A DNA stretch of 64,000 nt from an uncultured Planctomycetota bacterium (GCA_963845755.1 CAWJTV010000025.1:192001-256000); one strand, 5' to 3'. Shown: positions 41,917-54,862, counted from the first letter of the stretch. Program-made: numbers and translations. The notes: a model not told the origin generated them from the letters alone.

Positions 41917-44900
41917 CTACTGCCCATCGCCGACCGACTGGCGATCGGCCGGAGTTGATGCCGGGGGAAGCGTCCGGACGATGCGGAAACCGGCATTCGG
42001 TAGTTGATCGAGGGCTCCCGCCCAATCTCGATGTGCGGCGCGGGACCGCTCCGGCGCGGAGCTGAACGATCCGCCTCGGAGCATGCGCCAGGTCTGGTCG
42101 CCCCGGGTCCCGAGGGCCATCTTCTGTGCGCGACCCGGGTCCGTGGCGGGGTGTTCCCGCGTTCCCATCGGGTAGGGCGGTTTAGGCACGCCGGGAAAGG
42201 ACCCGTCAGGACCATCATGGCACCACTCCCAGGCGTTCCCCATGGCGTCGAAGATTCCGAAGCTGTTCGGAAGGAGCAGGCCGGACATCCGGGCATGATT
42301 CTCCGAGTTCAACCATGTCCAGGCGTAACGGGACAGGAGGGCCTGAGATTCGCCGCAGTACCATGCCGTCTCGGTGCCGGCCCGGCAGAAGTACTCCCAT
42401 TCGGCCTCCGTCGGAAGGCGGAAGCCACACCGCTTCACGGCGTCTTCGGAGATGGACACGGACCCCTCGATCCTCTCGGGGTAGCACCACTGGCTCCGAT
42501 CGATCCCGGCCTGCTCGCTGAGCCAGTTGCAGTACCGTATGGCTTGAGACCAGGACACGTTCCGGGCGACGGGTTCCGCTGCGTCATCGGATGCGGGTTC
42601 CTGCGAGTGATTGCCGTCCAACGCTGCGCAATTGTTCCACGCTTACCTCCTTGGTACTCACGGCCAGCGATCGCTCGATCCGGCAATAGTGCAGGATCTC
42701 CTCATCGGGGTTGCGCCCGGCTCGTATTCGGGAGAGCCCATGCGGAATTCTAGCGGGGCGGGGAGGATGGCGAACGTGTGCTTATTTGGGCCAGGTTCCC
42801 ATCTCAGCCCATGCGGGGCGACGCGGGGCGACGTCAGGTGCTCTTCGCAGTCCGCGAGGTAGTGGGTCCCTCGCCATCGCCGGAGGAGGAGCTCGGCCGC
42901 GGAATGGACGCCGGGATGAGGGTCCTGGAGATAGAGGGTACGCGCGGCCTCGACGACCGCGGTCTCCGTGACGGCCGACAGGCCGAGCCGATGGGCCTCG
43001 GCCCAGGCGAGGAGGTGGGCCTGGCGCTCGATCGGGGCGACGTTGACACTCGTCAGCCGATCGAGCAGGATGTGCGCCGGCACCCTGCCGCCGGCGAGCC
43101 GCTGGATCAGCAGGGAGCGCAGTCGGGGGTCGGAGCTGGGGATCAGTAGCCGCCAGAGCGGTTCGGGCTCGCCCAGCGAGGCCAGGGTGATCCCGGCGAT
43201 GGCCAGGCGAGCTGCGACCGCATCCTTGTCCAACTCGACCTGCGGATCGTTGACGCGCTCGGCCAGGACCTCGTGGAGGAAACCGATCGCGCCGTCGATG
43301 TAACCGGCCTCCTGGGCGACGAGCAGCAGCGCAGCGGCGGGCGCCTGGATCGTCGGGTCACGGCTGGGATCGCAGCAGATCTCTCCGATGGGACGAGCCA
43401 GGAACCGGGCGGCTGGTCCGAGCATCTTGAACCAGAGAGGGTGGGTCTCTCGAGGTTCGGTCAGCAAGGCTTCCGCCAGCAGTGAGGCCGCGGCCGTGGC
43501 GTCGGGCCCCCGGTCGAAACCCGGCTCGATCGCCGACAGCACGCAGGCGGCGCGGAGCCGCGCGCCCGGCTCGGCGGAATCGTCGCGGAGCACCCGGTGG
43601 AACTCGACGATTCCGGCATGCTCCGGATGGGCCGCCAGCGCCCCGGAAAGCACCACGACCTCGGCGGGAGGGGCGGCCGTCAGCCGGGCGCGCAAGGCCG
43701 CGGCACGGTCCGGCGTCGGGCGATCGTGGTAGAGCAAGACCACGACAAGCTGCCGTTGCTGCGGATTCGTCTTCGCGTCATTCTCCAGGTCTTCGAGCTT
43801 CGGGCGAATGGCTTCACGATGACCGGCGAACTCGAGGAGGAGCTCCGGCACGTTGTTGTAGTGGGCTACCTGGACCCGGCCGAACCAGTCCTTGGCCCGC
43901 TCGTGATCGCGGGCGGCGCCGGCCCACAAACCCAGGGCCACCCCGATCAGGACGGCAGCCGCGGTTCTGATGAGATAATGCCGCGTCGCCGAGCGCATCA
44001 TCTTCTGCTCGTCCGCCGACCAGACGGAACGGCGGGCGAACCCGAGGATGCTCAGCCATTCGAGGAGGGAAGGGAGTCGGCGCGGCCCGGGCCGGTCGCG
44101 CCAGAACGCGGTGGTCTCCGCGAGCAGCAGCTCGGCCCGACCCCGACCCGTCTCCCGCTGCGTGCGGATCAACCACCGGCGAATCGGGGGCACGAGGTAA
44201 TCGTGCGTGAGCTGATAGTACGTCTCGCCGCGGGTCTCCTGGCGCAAGCGGCGGCGCGCCTCCGACTTCGACGGACGACCGGTCGACGGGGCTGACCATC
44301 CGTAGCTCGCTGTCGAGGATGGCGATCAGCTCGGCGAAGTCGTCGGGCCGGTCGGCATAGCCGGCCGATTCCCGCAGCGCGCTCGCCGGTTGTCGCCGCC
44401 CCTTGAGGTTGGATGAGGGATCGGGCAAGAGCCTCCTGAGCACGGCCTGGGCCGCGCGCTGATGCGTTCGATGGGACGGGGGGGCCGTGGACGCCGCGAA
44501 GGTTTCCTCCAGGAACATCACGCCGGTCCCCTCGAATCCGCCCAGGTCCTGGAGTGTCGCGGTGGACCAATCGCGGCGCCGGAAGGTCTCGGCGAAGAGG
44601 GTCAGGCGGACGGGGATGACCCGGCCGTCCGGCGCGGAGAGCCCGGCGACGGCCTTCTCGAGGAATCGGAGCGTGTTCCGGGCCGGCCTCGTCGGGGAAC
44701 CGTCCCAGGGCCCGGCCGATCTCGGCCAGCACATGCCGCGCGTGCTTGCGCGTCGAACTGCTCGACGGCCGCCGAATTGGTCCCTTCGACCGGCCGGCAC
44801 TTCCAGCGCGCGGAGGAACCGTGTGATGGCCATCCAGAAGTCGTCGCGCACCAGGAGCAGCGCCTGCAGGCCCAGGCCGTCGCAATGACGCAGGGCCCGG

Positions 44901-46724
44901 ACGAGGTCCCCGCCGGAGTCGGAGGGGTGGGCCTGGAGCCATTGTTCGAACTGGTCGAGGACGATCAGGACTTTCGAGCCGGGCCGGGCGGCCGCGCCCT
45001 CGCGGATGGCGGCGGCCGCCTCGGCGAGTCCGCAGCCCGCGGGCAGATCCCGGTACGCGCGGCGGAGGGCATTGAGGAGGTGCGCCTCGGTGTCGGTGGC
45101 GGAGGCTTCGACGTAGGCCGGACGGATGTGGGCCGCCAGGCTGCGGCAGGAGCCCGGCCTTGACGAAGGACGACTTGCCGCCGCCGGAGGGACCATAGAT
45201 CAAGCCCACGGCGAACGATCGCGCGGGGTCCGGCTCCTCGATCCGACGCTTCCAGGCGCCGATCGACTCCGGCAAGCCGTAGCGGTCCCGGGGTCCGGGG
45301 ACCAGGGTGATGAAGAAGTCGGCATCCTCGGCGTCGAAGGCGCGGAGCCCCTTCGGGACGATCCGCGGAGGCCCCAGGGCGGGGATCCGCAGGCTCGACG
45401 GCCCGGTTGAGTCCGAAGTCTCTCCGGCGGCCGACGGACCCAGCGTCGCAAGCCAGTTCCGCAGGTCGTCGGCCAGCTCCGCGGCTGTCTCGTAGCGATC
45501 GTCCATCCGCTTCGACAGGCACTTCAGACAGATCCGCTCCAGCTCGTGGGGGATCGCCTTGTCAATCTGGCGGGGCGGCTTCGGGTCATTCTCGAGGATC
45601 TGCGCGGAAGATCGCCTCGCGGTCCCGCCGCGGGGAACGGGAGCCGGCGGGCCAGGCCCAGGTAGAGGATCACGCCCATCGCCCAGATGTCGGTCCGCGA
45701 CGTCGAGGCGATGCGTCTCGCCCCGGACCTGCTCGGGGGCCATGTAGGACGGCGTGCCGGCGATCTCGCCGGCCCGGAGCCGCTGCAAGTCCTCGCGGAC
45801 CGCCAGTCCGAAGTCGGCGATGTGGGGCTGGCCCTGACCGTCGATCAGGATGTTCGAAGGCTTCAAGTCGCGGTGGACCAACCCGGCCCGGTGGGCGTGG
45901 TGGGCGGCCTCGGCGATGTGGACCATCAGTCCCGCGACCCGCGCGGGGGAAAACCGGGCGGCCCGGAACACCTCGGACAGGTTCCGACCCTCGATGTACT
46001 CGAAGACGACGAAGGGTTCACCCTCCTCGTCGCCATGACTCCCGACGTCGTAGACCTGCACGATCGCCGGATGCTTCAGCCCCGCGGCAATGCGGGCTTC
46101 GGCCTGGAATCGCTCGACCTGACCGGGCGATCGGAACAGCTCCGGATGTGGGACCTTGATCGCCACGAACCGCACGAGCTTGTCGTCGCGAGCGAGGTAC
46201 ACGTTGCCAAATCCACCCCAGCCCAGCAGCTTCAGCACCGGGTAGCGGCCGAACCGTTCCGGAAGCGGCTCGGCGGGCTTGGCCCGTTGCCGATCGCGGG
46301 ATCTCCCCTCGCCGGTTAGGGTCGCCAGGGATGCGGGAGACGAACTGGACGATCCGGTCTGGGTGGAATTCGAGGGATGCGCGTGGCCCGTTGGGGGGGG
46401 CATCGCCGTCCCTTCGGATTCCGACGGTTCCCATGAAAAGACGTCCGCGACGGCCGAGGCCCACTCCGGGCATCGATCGAGGTAATCCTCCGGCGCGGGG
46501 ACCTCACCGGCCGCCGTTCTCAGCTCGACCTCGATGGCAATCAGGTCGCGGAGCAGGCGGCCCCGCAGCGCCGGCTCAATCCGATCGACGTAGTCCTCGA
46601 TCCTCGGAGGTGGGCCCTCCCCCATCCTCCCGGCGGTTTCGAATTCCTCGCAGATTGCAACGATGCGAGTCAGCGCATCGGCATCCAACGACTCGACAGT
46701 GGCGGATTCTTCATCGTGCGACAC
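41917..46724 (-). CDS. Ser/Thr kinase - STAND-like NTPase - helical repeats - FGE-sulfatase (SUMF1) fusion; several frameshifts
   Basis: LGWGGFGNVY, VAIK, HRDLKPSN, DFG and GTPSYMAPE. PKGLRAFD, GPSGGGKSS, LIVLDQFE and YQLTHDYL. FRMGSP, FRLPTEAEWEY, MGNAWEWC, LRGGSF and GFRIVR. Confidence 0.9.
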
Positions 46725-46848
46725 GTCTTTCGACCCTCTTCTGGCCCTTCTCCGCGTCGAACGTCAGTTGATCGCCGTCGTGGCATCCCGGTATCAGCCT
46801 CCCTCGGCAGCGCCGGCTCTGGTTGCACCAGCATAACGGCCCGAGTCC

Positions 46849-48095
46849 TCAGAAGCGATGGTCTCGCGCCCGGAGGCAGCTCGACATCCCGCAGGGCCTT
46901 CTTCGCCGCACGATAGCCCGGGTCGCGATGAATCGCCTCGCGGAAGCACTCGGCCGCCTCTTCGAAGCGTTCCTGGGTGCGCAGCACGAATCCCAGATTC
47001 AGGAACGCCTCGTCGAGGCAACCCTCATAGCAGGTCTCGGTCGCCTTCCGGTGGACGTCCTCCGCTTCCCTCGGGCGCCCCTGAAGGGCAAGGATGCCTC
47101 CCAGGTAGATATAGCCCTGGGTGTCTGTCGGCGCAGCCTCGATCGCTTTCCTGAACCATTCGGCCGCCCGCTCGTAGTCGCCCCGCAACTTGTCGAGGCG
47201 GCCCAGCGTGCACAGAGGGAAATGCCGCCTCTCTTCGGGGCAGAGCCGCAGTGCATTCGACGTGGCTTCCTCGGCCTCGTCGTAGCGCCGCCAGGTCGAT
47301 GAGAGAATTAGCCAGCAGGTACCACGCGTATCCATGGTCGGGATACCTCTTGAGATATCGCCGCGCCCGGAGGATCATCAGCGCCGGCAACCCGGCCTGT
47401 TCCACGACTTTCAATCGCGCGAATCGCGCCTGCCGCAATTCGTCCTCGTCCATCGTTGTTAACTCCATGGGAGCATGAAGTCCCGCGTCCTCAGCAGCGC
47501 GGCTCTCCCGGTCGAGGCATCGCTCGACATCCCGTAGAGCCCTTCGCGCCGAACGATACTCCGGGTTGCGATGAAGCGCCTCGCGAAAGTACTCGGCCGC
47601 CTCTTCGAAACGTTCCTGCGCGAGAAAGCCAAGCCCGACGTTCAAGAACGCCTCGTCGAGACAACCTTCGGTGCAGGTCTCGGTCGCTTGTCGGTAGACG
47701 ACCTCGGCCTCGCGCTGGTGTTGCTGATAGGTAAGGATGATCCCGAGATAGATATAACCCGAGGTCTCTCTTGGTTGAGCCGCGATCGTCTTATGGTACC
47801 ACTCGGCCGCTCGCTCGAGTTCGCCGCGCGTACGGTGGAGGTGACCGATGTAGATCGAAGGAAGACGCCGTTTGTCTCCAGGGCAGCGTTGGAGGGCCTG
47901 GGTCAAGGCGTCTTCGGACTCGTCGAAGCGATAGAGCTCGATCAGGGCATTACCCAGCCACACCCAAACGGGCCAATGAGCGGGATAGTCGGTGAGATAG
48001 CGACGCGCGAGGAAAACGGTCACGGCCGGTAGGCCGCCCTTGTACGTGGATTTCAGACGCGAGAATCGTGCCTTCTGCGAGTCCGCCTCCTTCAT
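46849..48095 (-). CDS. TPR protein made of two tandem ~200-aa duplicated modules; frameshifts near 47292 and 46878
   Basis: Both halves contain ARFxRLK...GLPA...ARRYL..YP, GYIYLG, ATETCxEGCLDEAFLNxG and QERFEEAAExFREAxHRxPxYRxAxxALRDVE. Confidence 0.8.
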
Positions 48096-48446
48096 CGTCG
48101 TTGACTCCGCGATCCCCGATAGATCTCTCGCACGGCCCTGCAAGGACAGAGCCGAACGGCCGGTGTCGGGTTCGTTTGCGTGTGCGCTCGTCCCGGGTAG
48201 TGGTGACAAACGGATCGGATCGGTCATGCCCGATGCCCCGACTCTGGGTTAGATCGGAACGACGAGACTTATTCTTACTGACCTGCGAGTCGGAAAACCA
48301 CTGACAAAGAAGCAGGAAGGGTCCTGTCCGGCAGGCCGGTCTGGTACGATGGAATCCCGGTTGACGCGGAAGACCCGCAGGCCGCTTCTTTATCGCGATC
48401 GATGCATCCTTGTTTCACTCACCGTATAGTCGAGGGGTCAGCGAAA

Positions 48447-51400
48447 ATGGAATCAGGGCGGGGCCATCTCATCGGATGGATCGGAATTGGCACGATCGCG
48501 ATGTCCGTCATGGCGCTTGGTCTGGGTGGACCTGCGGCCGAGCCTGGGGCGCCGCCTGAGGCAACGGCCGTTGTGCCGAAATCGCCCGTCCCACCGCCGG
48601 AGGCTTCCAAACAGATCACGGTGCCGAAGGGCTTCCACGTGACCCTCTGCGCCGCCGAGCCCGATGTGGTCCAGCCGATCGCCATGACGTTCGATCACCG
48701 GGGCCGGCTCTGGGTCGTCGAGAATTACTCGTATCCCATCTGGCTGGGCGGGCCGCACGGCAAGGACCGCATCCTCATCTTCGAGGACGTCGACGGCGAC
48801 GGCCGATTCGATCGGCGGACGGTATTCGCCGACGGCGGGACCAATTACACCGGCATCGAGCTGGGTTTCGGCGGGGTCTGGGTGTGCGCCACGCCCAACC
48901 TGATCTTCATCCCCGATCGCGACGGCGACGACCGCCCGGACGGCGCGCCGATCGTCAAGCTCGACGGCTGGGATATCAAGTCTCAGCATAACATGTTCAA
49001 TGCCCTGCGATGGGGACCGGATGGCTGGCTCTGGGGCTGTAACGGCATCCTGGGCAGCTCGATGGTCGGTAAGCCGGGGACGCCGTCCGAGAAGCGGACG
49101 CCGATGAATTGCGGCGTCTGGCGATATCACCCCACCCGCGAGGTCTTCGAGATCGTGGCAAACGGCACGACCAATCCCTGGGGACTCGACTTCGACGATT
49201 ACGGCGAGGCGTTCATTACCAACTGCGTCATCGCCCATCTCTTCCGAGTGATCCCCGGGCGCACTTTGAGCGCATGTACGGCAATGACTTCAACCCGTTC
49301 CTTTATGAATTGATGGCCTCTTGTGCCGATCACCTGCACTGGGCCGGCGGGCGCTGGCAGGACTCGCGCTCCGGTGAGCAGCATGCCGTGCTCGGCGGCG
49401 GGCACGCCCACGTGGGGGGCATGATCTACCTGGGCGACAACTGGCCCGAGATGTACCGCAACACGCTGTTCACCTGCAACATTCACGGACACCGCGTGAA
49501 CAACGATCGGCTCGACCGTAGCGATGAGGGATATCAAATCGTCGCGCGACACAATCCCGACTTCCTCTCGTCGGCCGATCCCTGGTTCCGCGGGTTGGAG
49601 CTGAAGTACGGGCCGGATGGCGGCGTGTATCTTACCGACTGGTCGGATATCGGAGAGTGCCACGAGACCGACTCCGACAACGCGCATCGCGAGAACGGGC
49701 GGATCTTCAAGATCACTTATGGCGATGTCAAGCCCATGACGGTCGACCTGGGCCGCCAGACCGACGAGGAGTTGGCGCGGCTCCAGCTCCATCCCAATGA
49801 GTGGTATGTCCGCATGGCGCGACGGTTGCTCCAGGAGCGCGCGGTCGCGGGCAAGGACATGGCCGCCGTGCATCGGGCGCTGCGCGAGATCCTGACGACC
49901 CATCCCGACGAGCGGCGCCAGCTTCGGGCGATCTGGGCGCTGAATGCCACGGGAGGGCTGGATGAGAAGGGCCGGCTGGCGCTGCTGGACAATCCCAGCG
50001 CTCAGGTCCGGGCGTGGGGTGTCCGATTGCTCGTAGACGATGGGGTACCTTCGACGGCGACAGCCGACCGGCTCGGCGAGATGGCGGGGGTTTCGACGTC
50101 GAACCACGGCCGGTCGGCCGAGCGGGGCGCGGTGGTGCGACTCGCGCTGGCCTCCGCGCTCCAGCGCGTCCCCCTCGCGGACCGATGGCCGATCGCCGAA
50201 GCACTGGCGAAGGATGGCGCGTACGCGACGTCGCGCGAACACACGCTCCTGCTCTGGTACGGCCTGGAGCCGCTGGTGTCTGGCGATGGCGCGCGGTCGG
50301 TCAAGCTGATCGAACGATGTCCGAGCCTGCTCCTTTGCCGGTTCGTTGCGCGGCGGCTAATCGACGCAGATGCCGAGGCCGGGCTGGCGGCCCTGATGCC
50401 GGCGCTGCGGGGCCGGCCGCAATCCTACCCGTCGTTCCACCGGGATGTCCTCGACGGCATCCTCGAAGCCTGTCAGGGCCGGAAACTGCGCCGGGATGCC
50501 GGCGGGCTGGCGCCTGCGTTCGCTTGGCTGACGGAGCGGGGCGACCCGGACGTCCGGGCGAAGGCCGCCGCGCTCGGGCTGCTGTTCGGCGATCCCAAGG
50601 CCGAGATCGGTCTTCGGGCGGTCGTCGAGGACCGCGCGGGATCGACGAGCGCCCGGCAATTCGCACTCCAGAATCTGGTCGATCGTCGAGTGGCCGAGCT
50701 GGTTCCGGTCCTCCTCCGGCTACTGGACGACCCGGCGCTCCGGGCGCCCGCGATCCGTGGCCTGGCCGCCTACAACGACCCGGCGACGGCGGAATCGATC
50801 CTCCGCCGATATCCCGCCCTCACGCCCGCCGAGCGCGACGACGCGATCGCCACGATGGCGTCGCGACCCGCCTGGGCGCTGGCTTTGCTGGAAGCCATCG
50901 GCAAGGGAACCGTTGCCCGCCGTGACCTGAATTCCACCGTCGCCCGGCAGATCCTGGCGTTCCGAACACCGAAGCTGACAACGTCCCTCGAACGGGCCTG
51001 GGGCACGCTCCGGCCAACTGCCGGGAACAAGGCCCCGTTGATCGCCAAGTACAAGACGATCCTGGCGTCTCCCGACCTGCCGGCCCCCGACCCGGATCGG
51101 GGCCGCGCCCTGTTCGGTCGGATCTGCGCCCAGTGTCACCGCCTGTTCGATCAGGGGGGCGATGTGGGGCCCGATCTGACCGGATCCGACCGCGCCAATC
51201 CCGACTATATCCTCGAGAACGTGCTGGACCCCAGCGCCAGCGTGGGGCGGGATTACACGCTCACCACGGTCGCGACCCACGACGGCCGGCTCGTTTCCGG
51301 GATCCTCCGCGAGCAAACACCCAACGCCCTCGTGATCCAGACCCCCTCGGAACGGCTCACCTTGCCCCGCGACGATGTCGAGGCGATCAAGGGCTCCACG

Positions 51401-51517
51401 ATCTCCATGATGCCGGAAGGGCAGCTCGATCCGCTCACGTCACAAGAGGTCCGCGACCTGTTCGCCTACCTGGCGACCAATCGGCCTGTTCGGACAACAG
51501 CCAACCCGTCGCCCTGA
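48447..51517 (+). CDS. PVC-type heme-binding CxxCH protein (putative membrane-bound dehydrogenase); frameshift near 49260
   Basis: AAEPDVVQPIAMTFDHRGRLWVVE, GTTNPWGLDFD, HEAT repeats, CAQCH, GPDLTG, ENVLDPSA and SMMPEG. Confidence 0.92.
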
Positions 51518-51786
51518 AAGCAGAAGTGAGCGGCAACTAGGCTTCGCTTCCCAACTCCTTCACCGGCCGCAAAAGCCGTCGATGGCGCCTCTCGGCCGAC
51601 TTTGCCAGCCTCGACAGTAGCCAACCGTACACGTGACGGACGGTGGGCCACGTTGCAAAGTTCCTTGGACCCCAATATTATACCCGAAGCTCGACCGACC
51701 GGTCCGCGACCGCCTCCGCGAGCGGGACTAGAACCAGGCCATCCAAACCCACCCCTACCTCTTCATTCTCATTTTGTGATGACACG

Positions 51787-53130
51787 ATGCATACAACTAT
51801 CGATCTACGCATCACGCTCGTCTTAGGTCTTACTCTGATGTCAGCCGTGCCCCCGGCCGGCGCGACGGCGGGCTTCGGCCAGGCCGATGACGCCGCGGGT
51901 GCGCGCGTCCTGACGGGCCACGAGGCCCTCGGCGACTGGACGACCGACGCTCCCGGTCTCCGCCGCCGGATCACGCTCGAAGACCTGGCCACGCCCTACG
52001 AGACACCCTCGGCCAACAATTTCCCCAGGCCCGCACGCCGTCCCGAGGGCGCAATGCCAATGGCGCCGAAGGGCTTTCAGGTCACCGAATTCGTCGGCGG
52101 CCTGAGCAATCCCCGGAAGATCGTGACCGCTCCCAACGGCGATATCTTCTTCGCCGAGAGCATGCCCGGCCGCATCAAGATGCTGCGCGACGCCGACGGA
52201 GATGGAAAGCCCGAGGTAGCCAGTGTCTATGCCAGCGGGCTCAGCCGTCCGTTCGGGATCGCGTTCTATCCGCTCGGACCGAAACCGGATTACGTGTATG
52301 TCGGCAATACCGACTCGGTCGTCCGCTTCCCTTACAAGGATGGCGATACCAAGGCCACGGGTCAGCCCGAGATGATCGTCAAGAATATCCCGAGCGGCCG
52401 CGAGCGCGTCGGCGGCGGCGGCCACTGGACCCGCGACCTGGAATTCTCGAAGGACGGCAAGATTCTCTTCGTGTCCGTCGGTTCCCGGTCGAATGTCAGC
52501 GACGACGCCAGTGAGCGGCGCCGAGCGGATATTCTGGCTTTCGATCCCGACGGCAAGAATGAACGGATCTACGCCTATGGCATTCGCAATGCGGTCGGCC
52601 TGGCGATCCACCCCGAGACCGGCCAGCTCTGGGCGTCCGTCAACGAACGCGACCTGCTGGGAGACCACCTGGTCCCCGACTACGTGACCCACGTCGAGGA
52701 GGGCGGCTTTTACGGCTGGCCCTGGTATTACCTGGGGGCACACCAGGATCCCCGTCACGAGGGGAAGCACCCCGAGCTGAAGGAGAAGGTGATCGTCCCG
52801 GACGTGCTGGTCCAGTCGCACTCCGCATCGCTGTGCATGACCTTCTATACCGGGACCTCGTTCCCCAAGGAGTATCACCTCGACGCGTTCGCCGCCGAGC
52901 ACGGTTCCTGGAACCGCGCCCGTCGCACGGGGTACAAGGTCATCCGCATCCCGATGAAGGACGGCAAGGCGACCGGCGAATACGAAGACTTCCTGGTCGG
53001 ATTCGTCACCAAGGAAGGGAATGTCTGGGGGCGACCCGTCGGTGTCACCGTGGCCAGGGACGGCGCCTTGCTGGTTACCGACGACGGCTCGAATATCATC
53101 TGGCGCGTCAGCGCCGTTCCGGCGAAGTAG
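51787..53130 (+). CDS. Sorbosone / PQQ-dependent sugar dehydrogenase family protein
   Basis: GHWTRD, VSVGSRSN, GIRNAVGL, VNERDLLGD, FYGWP, HGSWNR and GRPVGV. Confidence 0.92.
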   Translation: MHTTIDLRITLVLGLTLMSAVPPAGATAGFGQADDAAGARVLTGHEALGDWTTDAPGLRRRITLEDLATPYETPSANNFPRPARRPEGAMPMAPKGFQVTEFVGGLSNPRKIVTAPNGDIFFAESMPGRIKMLRDADGDGKPEVASVYASGLSRPFGIAFYPLGPKPDYVYVGNTDSVVRFPYKDGDTKATGQPEMIVKNIPSGRERVGGGGHWTRDLEFSKDGKILFVSVGSRSNVSDDASERRRADILAFDPDGKNERIYAYGIRNAVGLAIHPETGQLWASVNERDLLGDHLVPDYVTHVEEGGFYGWPWYYLGAHQDPRHEGKHPELKEKVIVPDVLVQSHSASLCMTFYTGTSFPKEYHLDAFAAEHGSWNRARRTGYKVIRIPMKDGKATGEYEDFLVGFVTKEGNVWGRPVGVTVARDGALLVTDDGSNIIWRVSAVPAK

Positions 53131-53149
53131 GTCGGGATCGCCCAGAAGC

Positions 53150-53178
53150 CCCGGGCGGCGGATTTGCCGCCGCCCGGG
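53150..53178. terminator. GC-rich hairpin between convergent genes
   Basis: CCCGGGCGGCGG-ATTTG-CCGCCGCCCGGG, 12-bp perfect stem with no clear U-tract. Confidence 0.55.
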
Positions 53179-53203
53179 ACGAGGCCGCTTCAACATCTCG
53201 GGA

Positions 53204-54862
53204 TCACAGCCCGCTAAGGTCGAGCGCGACGATGCGAACGCCGTGCTTCAGGCCCAGCTTCTTCACCACCTCTTCACTCGCCGGCACGCTGAAACTCCGA
53301 CGCGGAGGAATACTGATTCCCGAGAGCACGCGCGGAACCTCGTCCTTGCCGCTCTCGGTGCCCAGTGCCGCCACACCATTGAGTAGCAATGGCGAGGCAT
53401 TATCAATCCGCAACCGGTAGGTCAACTTTCCCTTCTCGCGAGGACCCTTGAGCAACTGCATCCGCACCAGACGGTTCAGCAGACCCTCCGCCAACGAATC
53501 GGCGAACTTGGCCGCCTCGAACTTGCCGTCCTCGCCCTTGATCGGGACCGTGAACTTGCCGAAGGGAATCCACTTCGCCCCGGCGCCATCGCTGCTGACG
53601 ACCTGGACCAGGGCCGCGTCTCCCTTGAGGCGCACCCGGAACGCCACCGACGGCCCGGCCGGCCGCGCCGGAATCCCGCGCTCCGCGTAGAGGCCCAGCA
53701 CGATCTTGCCTTGCAAAAGTTGGCTCGTCTCGGCCGCCAACTTCTCGCCGGCCGCGTCGGCCCCGTCCACCTGGAAGTGCACCCGGCCTGTCTCGCCGTC
53801 CGCCAGGGTGTCCAGATGCTCGACGAAATCGTGCGCCAGGGTCAACTCGTACCCGTTGGCCCAGTCCCGCGAGAGCTGCGCGATCGTCTCCCAGTCCAGG
53901 CCCGCCCCCAGTCGCCACAGGACCAGTTGCGCCACCCGCGTGGACGCCGTCTGGGCCGCCAGACGCTTCAGGGCCTTCTGCAGCCGGGGATCATCACTGA
54001 CCTCGCTGATATCGCCGATCTTGAACGACTCGCCTTGAGCGGGCAACTTGAGACCCTGTCGGGGATCGGGGTTGGTCAGGCTGATGAAGCGCGTGGGCAG
54101 ATTACGAGTCTGACCGGGCTTGAGATCGGCGAACGGCAGGCTCGACGGCGGCACCGACATCATGCCACCCATGCCGCCGCCCATCATGCCGCCGCCCATT
54201 CCGCCACCCATGCCGCCCATTCCGCCACCCATGCCACCACCCATTCCACCCATCCGGCCCATGCCGATCATCAGGCTTCGCCGGTCCCAGCTATCGAAGT
54301 CTCCGCAGAAATACATGATGATATTGGCGAGCATCATCATGCCCATCATCGGCGGCATCGTGCGGGCACCACCGCCCATCATCCCACCGCGCATCATGCC
54401 ACCGCCCATACCACCGCCCATGCCACCGCCCATACCGCCGCCCATGCCGCCGCCCATACCACCCATGCCACCCATCATGCCACCGCCCATACCACCGCCC
54501 ATGCCGCCCATCATTCCGCCCATCTGGCCGGTGGCGCTCTGGGCGACGATTCCCGGCGGCAGAATGACCCGCAGCGGCTTCTGGGTCCGATTCTTCACGG
54601 TGACGGTCACCCGACCGTCGCCGCTCCCCTCCGTTTTCACGGACACGAGCCCCTGGTGCATCGCATCGAGCAGATTGAACTCCGGCGGTTCCGGGCTAGC
54701 CTTATCCGGCGATAGGGACGCTGGTTTCGCCTGGGAGGTCGCGGGCGGGACGGCCGCCGCGGTCGGGTCGGCAGGACGGTCGTCGGAGGCCCGGACCGTC
54801 GTCGGGCCGCCCAAGAGGCCGGCCATCAGAAAGGCTGTCACAAGAGAAAAGAGTCGTCGCAT
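53204..54862 (-). CDS. Secreted Gly-Met-repeat protein, paralog 1
   Basis: RBS AAAGGAG, signal peptide MRRLFSLV...TTVRA, (GGM)n tracts flanking RTMPPMMGMMMLANIIMYFCGDFDSWDRRSLM, ends ALDLSGL. Confidence 0.9.
   Translation of the reverse strand: MRRLFSLVTAFLMAGLLGGPTTVRASDDRPADPTAAAVPPATSQAKPASLSPDKASPEPPEFNLLDAMHQGLVSVKTEGSGDGRVTVTVKNRTQKPLRVILPPGIVAQSATGQMGGMMGGMGGGMGGGMMGGMGGMGGGMGGGMGGGMGGGMGGGMMRGGMMGGGARTMPPMMGMMMLANIIMYFCGDFDSWDRRSLMIGMGRMGGMGGGMGGGMGGMGGGMGGGMMGGGMGGMMSVPPSSLPFADLKPGQTRNLPTRFISLTNPDPRQGLKLPAQGESFKIGDISEVSDDPRLQKALKRLAAQTASTRVAQLVLWRLGAGLDWETIAQLSRDWANGYELTLAHDFVEHLDTLADGETGRVHFQVDGADAAGEKLAAETSQLLQGKIVLGLYAERGIPARPAGPSVAFRVRLKGDAALVQVVSSDGAGAKWIPFGKFTVPIKGEDGKFEAAKFADSLAEGLLNRLVRMQLLKGPREKGKLTYRLRIDNASPLLLNGVAALGTESGKDEVPRVLSGISIPPRRSFSVPASEEVVKKLGLKHGVRIVALDLSGL

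Noticed and set aside
41917..42120. FGE-sulfatase C-terminus as a diversity-generating retroelement target
   Set aside because: No reverse transcriptase and no second copy differing at adenines (template repeat) was seen in the window; a remote DGR cannot be excluded.
54165..54520. GroEL, because of GGM repeats
   Set aside because: No chaperonin motifs; the repeats are internal and the proteins have signal peptides.
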